Part shown: positions 17,217 through 20,056 of the stretch, in pieces
How the letters are laid out: the number at the start of each line of letters is the position of its first letter
Position numbering within the stretch: position 1 is the stretch's first letter
Origin: Ignavibacteria bacterium
Lineage (GTDB): Bacteria > Elusimicrobiota > Endomicrobiia > PHAN01
Reading direction: 5' to 3'
Assembly: GCA_041694835.1 (NCBI GenBank)
Contig: JBGFRZ010000028.1
Span: 1-20,056 of the forward strand
DNA: 20,056 nucleotides
Notes under the pieces: model-generated
Told to the model about the DNA's origin: nothing
What the model saw: the letters and a program-made list of their open reading frames with translations, nothing else
The model's database searches: none
Position numbers and translations under genes: made by a program

Positions 17217-17395
17217 GAAAATAGCAGATAGTGGATAAGTTGATAGGTTGATAAGTGACTGGTGACTGGGAAAAACAGTAATCGGTGACCAGTAATCAGT
17301 AACGAACAACGAGCCACGAGCCACTTACTCCGTATCCTATCTACCATCTACCCGCTACTCGCTACCACGCTACCACCATCCACTAACCACTGTCG
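17217..17395. repeat. Cluster of short (~7-8 nt) tandem and inverted repeats
   Basis: GATA(A/G)GTT units, GTGACTG x2 facing CCAGTAA/TCAGTAA, ACGAGCC x2, (C)GCTAC units. Purine-rich left half, pyrimidine-rich right half. Confidence 0.6.
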
Positions 17396-17414
17396 TTGAC
17401 AGGAGAATATCTTT

Positions 17415-18260
17415 ATGAGAACGTTTAAAAAAGCAGCAGTTGTATTTGTTTTTTCAGTTTTGACAGTTTCGGTTTTTGTTGAAGTTATGACGGCGCAAAC
17501 ACCGCCTACCACATTGGCGACGGTTGATGGACAACCCATCACCGCCCAGGACCTCTATACGGCGCTTGTTCATCTATATCCGCAGCAAGCGACCGAGACG
17601 TTAAACCAACTGGTCAACGAGATCCTTATCTCAAACGAAGCCCGCAGGAAAAGAATAAGTGTTTCCGAACAGGAAATTGCCGCGCGCGCGCAGGAAATCG
17701 GTTTGACGGCGGACGCTTTGAGCGATGTTGTCAGACGAACGCTCAAAACCTCGCTCCTGGCGGAAAAAATGCTCGTAGAAGAAAAAAAACTAAGAGTAAC
17801 TCCCGACGAAGTCAACAGATTTTTCCAGGAAAATAAAGAGCAACTCGGCGAGCCGGAACAAGTGCGGATAAGGCAAATCTTTGTTCTTAACGAACAAGAC
17901 GCCAACAATATAACTCTTGCTCTGTCTGCGGGAGCCGATTTTTCAAGAATGGCTCAGTTAAAATCGCAAGATGCGGCAAGCAAAGACAGAGGCGGCGACT
18001 TGGGATTTTTCTCTCGGGGAACGTTGGTGCCCGAGATTGAAAGAGCGGCATTTGCTATGGAAGCGGGCGGGATAAGTTCCGCTATAAGGACGCAAGCCGG
18101 ATTTCACATAATCAAGGTTGAAGAAAAAAGACCCGCAAGAGAAGCGAAACTTGATGGCGCAATGAGAAAGCGGCTTGAAAGGACCCTCTTAAACGACAAA
18201 ATACAGCAAGAACTGCCCGCATGGCTTGAGGGTTTAAGAGCAAAAGCCGAAATAAGATAG
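17415..18260 (+). CDS. Parvulin-type peptidyl-prolyl isomerase (PrsA/SurA-like foldase)
   Basis: RBS AGGAG, signal peptide, LATVDGQPIT, rotamase motifs (FSRMAQLKSQDAASKDRGGDLGFF, EIERAAF, GFHIIKV). Confidence 0.92.
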   Translation: MRTFKKAAVVFVFSVLTVSVFVEVMTAQTPPTTLATVDGQPITAQDLYTALVHLYPQQATETLNQLVNEILISNEARRKRISVSEQEIAARAQEIGLTADALSDVVRRTLKTSLLAEKMLVEEKKLRVTPDEVNRFFQENKEQLGEPEQVRIRQIFVLNEQDANNITLALSAGADFSRMAQLKSQDAASKDRGGDLGFFSRGTLVPEIERAAFAMEAGGISSAIRTQAGFHIIKVEEKRPAREAKLDGAMRKRLERTLLNDKIQQELPAWLEGLRAKAEIR

Positions 18261-18575
18261 TATGTAGTATATAGTAGGTAGTATGTAGGGGAAAGTCGGC
18301 GATTTTTAATCGCCGTAAAGCTTTCGTGTTTTAGTGTTCTCGTGGTAAAGAAAAAATAAACCATCACAGATGAACACAAAAAACTAATTGGACGCAGATG
18401 AACCCCGTTAGAAATCTCTGATGATTTGTGATGTCCGATAAAACTTTTAACTTTTTCCTAAAAGTTAACGATAATTTCTAACGGGGTGAACTCAGATGGA
18501 CAGGATTAAAACGCATAAAAACAATTCGTGTTTATTCGTGTTAATTCGCGGTTGTATTCGTGTAATTCGTGGTAA
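18256..18575. repeat. Intergenic short-repeat mosaic
   Basis: TAGTATG-type heptamers at 18258-18290; TTCGTG/ATTCGTG units at 18322-18346 and 18524-18573; ACAGATGAACAC/GCAGATGAAC units. Confidence 0.6.
18403..18486. mobile_element. 84-bp MITE-like element
   Basis: Perfect 13-bp terminal inverted repeats CCCCGTTAGAAAT/ATTTCTAACGGGG, flanked by TGAA on both sides (18399-18402 and 18487-18490). Confidence 0.75.
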
Positions 18576-18629
18576 GTTTTTTAATCAGTATTTATCCCGC
18601 CGAGACTTGACAAGTTCCGCGTAAATGAT

Positions 18630-19754
18630 ATGATTTATAAAAACATCATTCAAACTTTGATTGTCGTTGGACTTGCGTCATCTTTTTTATTCGCCATAAA
18701 AGAACCAACTCCAAGCGAGAAGCAAATGCGCCTAGGGTTGAGCGCTTATAGAAAAGGCGACTACAGAGCGGCGCTTGATTTTTTCATGCAGGTTCTAATT
18801 GATGACTCGGACAACAAAAGAGCTCGCAGATTTATGGAAAAGTCCGCCAAAAAACTCCTGGAGCCGGAAAAAGAACGCATCAGAAAAGAACGCGAAGAAA
18901 TTATGAGAAAAACCCGTCAACACATAAGAACCCACAAAATGGTAAATGTGGACGACATTTTCAGGCAAGCGAATCAAAATCATCAACAAGGAAAATATCT
19001 TTTGGCATACTCCGATTTTCAGAAGGCAAAAGAGATGTCGCCCAGATATGAAGGAGTTGATGATTATTTAACGAACATCAGAGGGAAAATGAAAAATATA
19101 GCGGATTCGCCCGCCCTGGCCGATGCGGAAAAATTGGCGTATGCGAGGGGCTTTATCGCTCATTACAAGGAGCAAAATTTAAGGGAGTCGATAAATCAGT
19201 GGGAAAGAGTGGTCGCGTTGAATCCAAGAAATGAAGAGGTTCGCCGTTTTCTTGATGAGGCAAAAAAAACATTGAGAAAGCAGGAGAGATTGGCGTATGA
19301 AAAGGAACTCGAAGAACGATTGAAAAGGCTCTTTAACGATGGTAAAGAGAGATTCAGCAGAAAAGAATATGTTCCTGCAATTCGCGAGTGGGAAAAAATT
19401 ATAGAAATAGTTGAAAAAGAAGCGGAGTTTTCCAGGAAAGCGGAATGGCGAACGAAGGCAAGAAACAGGATAGACGATGCGCTTGAAGTTTTAAGGGGTG
19501 TCTTGGCGCCAACACCCGCCTCCAGACCTGCCGCTGCTCCCGCCACCGTGCCCGCTCCGGCAGCGCCCGAAGTTGTAATCGATGTCAAAGCGTCTGACCG
19601 GTACTACTCCGACGGGCTTATAGCGTATGCCCAAGGCCGCAAGAGAGATGCCATCAGGTTGTGGGAACATTCTCTTGCGCTCAATCCCGGAAACGAAAGA
19701 GCCAAAAGATCCAAGGAAAAAGCGGAATCCGAACTCGCTTTGGAGAAAAGATAG
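18630..19754 (+). CDS. Exported tetratricopeptide-repeat protein
   Basis: Signal-like N-terminus, several TPRs (SINQWERVVALNPRNEE, AIRLWEHSLALNPGNE), Pro/Ala linker before the last TPR. The start is uncertain. Confidence 0.88.
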   Translation: MIYKNIIQTLIVVGLASSFLFAIKEPTPSEKQMRLGLSAYRKGDYRAALDFFMQVLIDDSDNKRARRFMEKSAKKLLEPEKERIRKEREEIMRKTRQHIRTHKMVNVDDIFRQANQNHQQGKYLLAYSDFQKAKEMSPRYEGVDDYLTNIRGKMKNIADSPALADAEKLAYARGFIAHYKEQNLRESINQWERVVALNPRNEEVRRFLDEAKKTLRKQERLAYEKELEERLKRLFNDGKERFSRKEYVPAIREWEKIIEIVEKEAEFSRKAEWRTKARNRIDDALEVLRGVLAPTPASRPAAAPATVPAPAAPEVVIDVKASDRYYSDGLIAYAQGRKRDAIRLWEHSLALNPGNERAKRSKEKAESELALEKR

Positions 19755-19880
19755 AAAGGCAAGGGATAGGGTATAAGGGATAGTAGCAGCGGACGTAAGT
19801 CCCCAATGTAGTCGCAGATTTTATATCTGCGCAAAGTCACGCCAATACGAAAACTTGTCCCCGAGCGCATCAGTCGGGGA
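19750..19880. repeat. REP-like hairpins after the TPR gene
   Basis: GGGATA-type units; GTAG-led hairpins (GGAC-GTAA-GTCC, CGCAGAT-TTTAT-ATCTGCG); TCCCCGA...TCGGGGA inverted repeat. Confidence 0.5.
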
Positions 19881-19945
19881 TTGGCGATTATATTGCGGCA
19901 ATATAAAATTGGCGATTAAACCGCCGGCGGCGGTCAGGAGGCGTT

Positions 19946-20056
19946 ATGTTTAGAAAATTTGCAGGTAAATTTTTGTCAAGTTGTGTATTTTTGTGTAGCC
20001 CTCCAATTCATTGTGGGGTGTGCTTAGCGAATAAGTTCGCAAAATTGGTAGGCACA
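19946..20056 (+). CDS. 5' end of the next, probably exported, protein (partial)
   Basis: AGGAGG RBS, then ATG MFRKFAGKFLSSCVFL..., open to the window end. Confidence 0.6.
   Translation, partial: MFRKFAGKFLSSCVFLCSPPIHCGVCLANKFAKLVGT

Overview
Bacterial chromosome window; the gene content suggests Elusimicrobiota or a similar diderm lineage (inference). The left edge holds the 3' end of an IS1595-like transposase abutting a two-repeat, type II-C-like CRISPR remnant, whose last repeat supplies the C-terminus and stop codon of a GAF-PAS gene. Housekeeping genes follow: a phosphohexomutase, then dnaX-recR. Next come a remodelled tRNA-Asn look-alike, an intact tRNA-Asn(GTT) and a ~1.7 kb decayed island (serine-recombinase tail reading antisense into the tRNA, Hint-domain remnant, orphan terminator, REP mosaic, internally deleted IS481-like element). 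The right 13 kb is a same-strand surface-structure locus behind a pho-box-like promoter: PorV-like barrel, T9SS-CTD Ig protein, ~2490-aa phage-tail-fibre-like repeat protein, parvulin foldase, TPR protein and the start of another probably exported protein. Short repeats and a MITE fill the intergenic gaps. All family calls come from motif recognition by eye; no searches were run.
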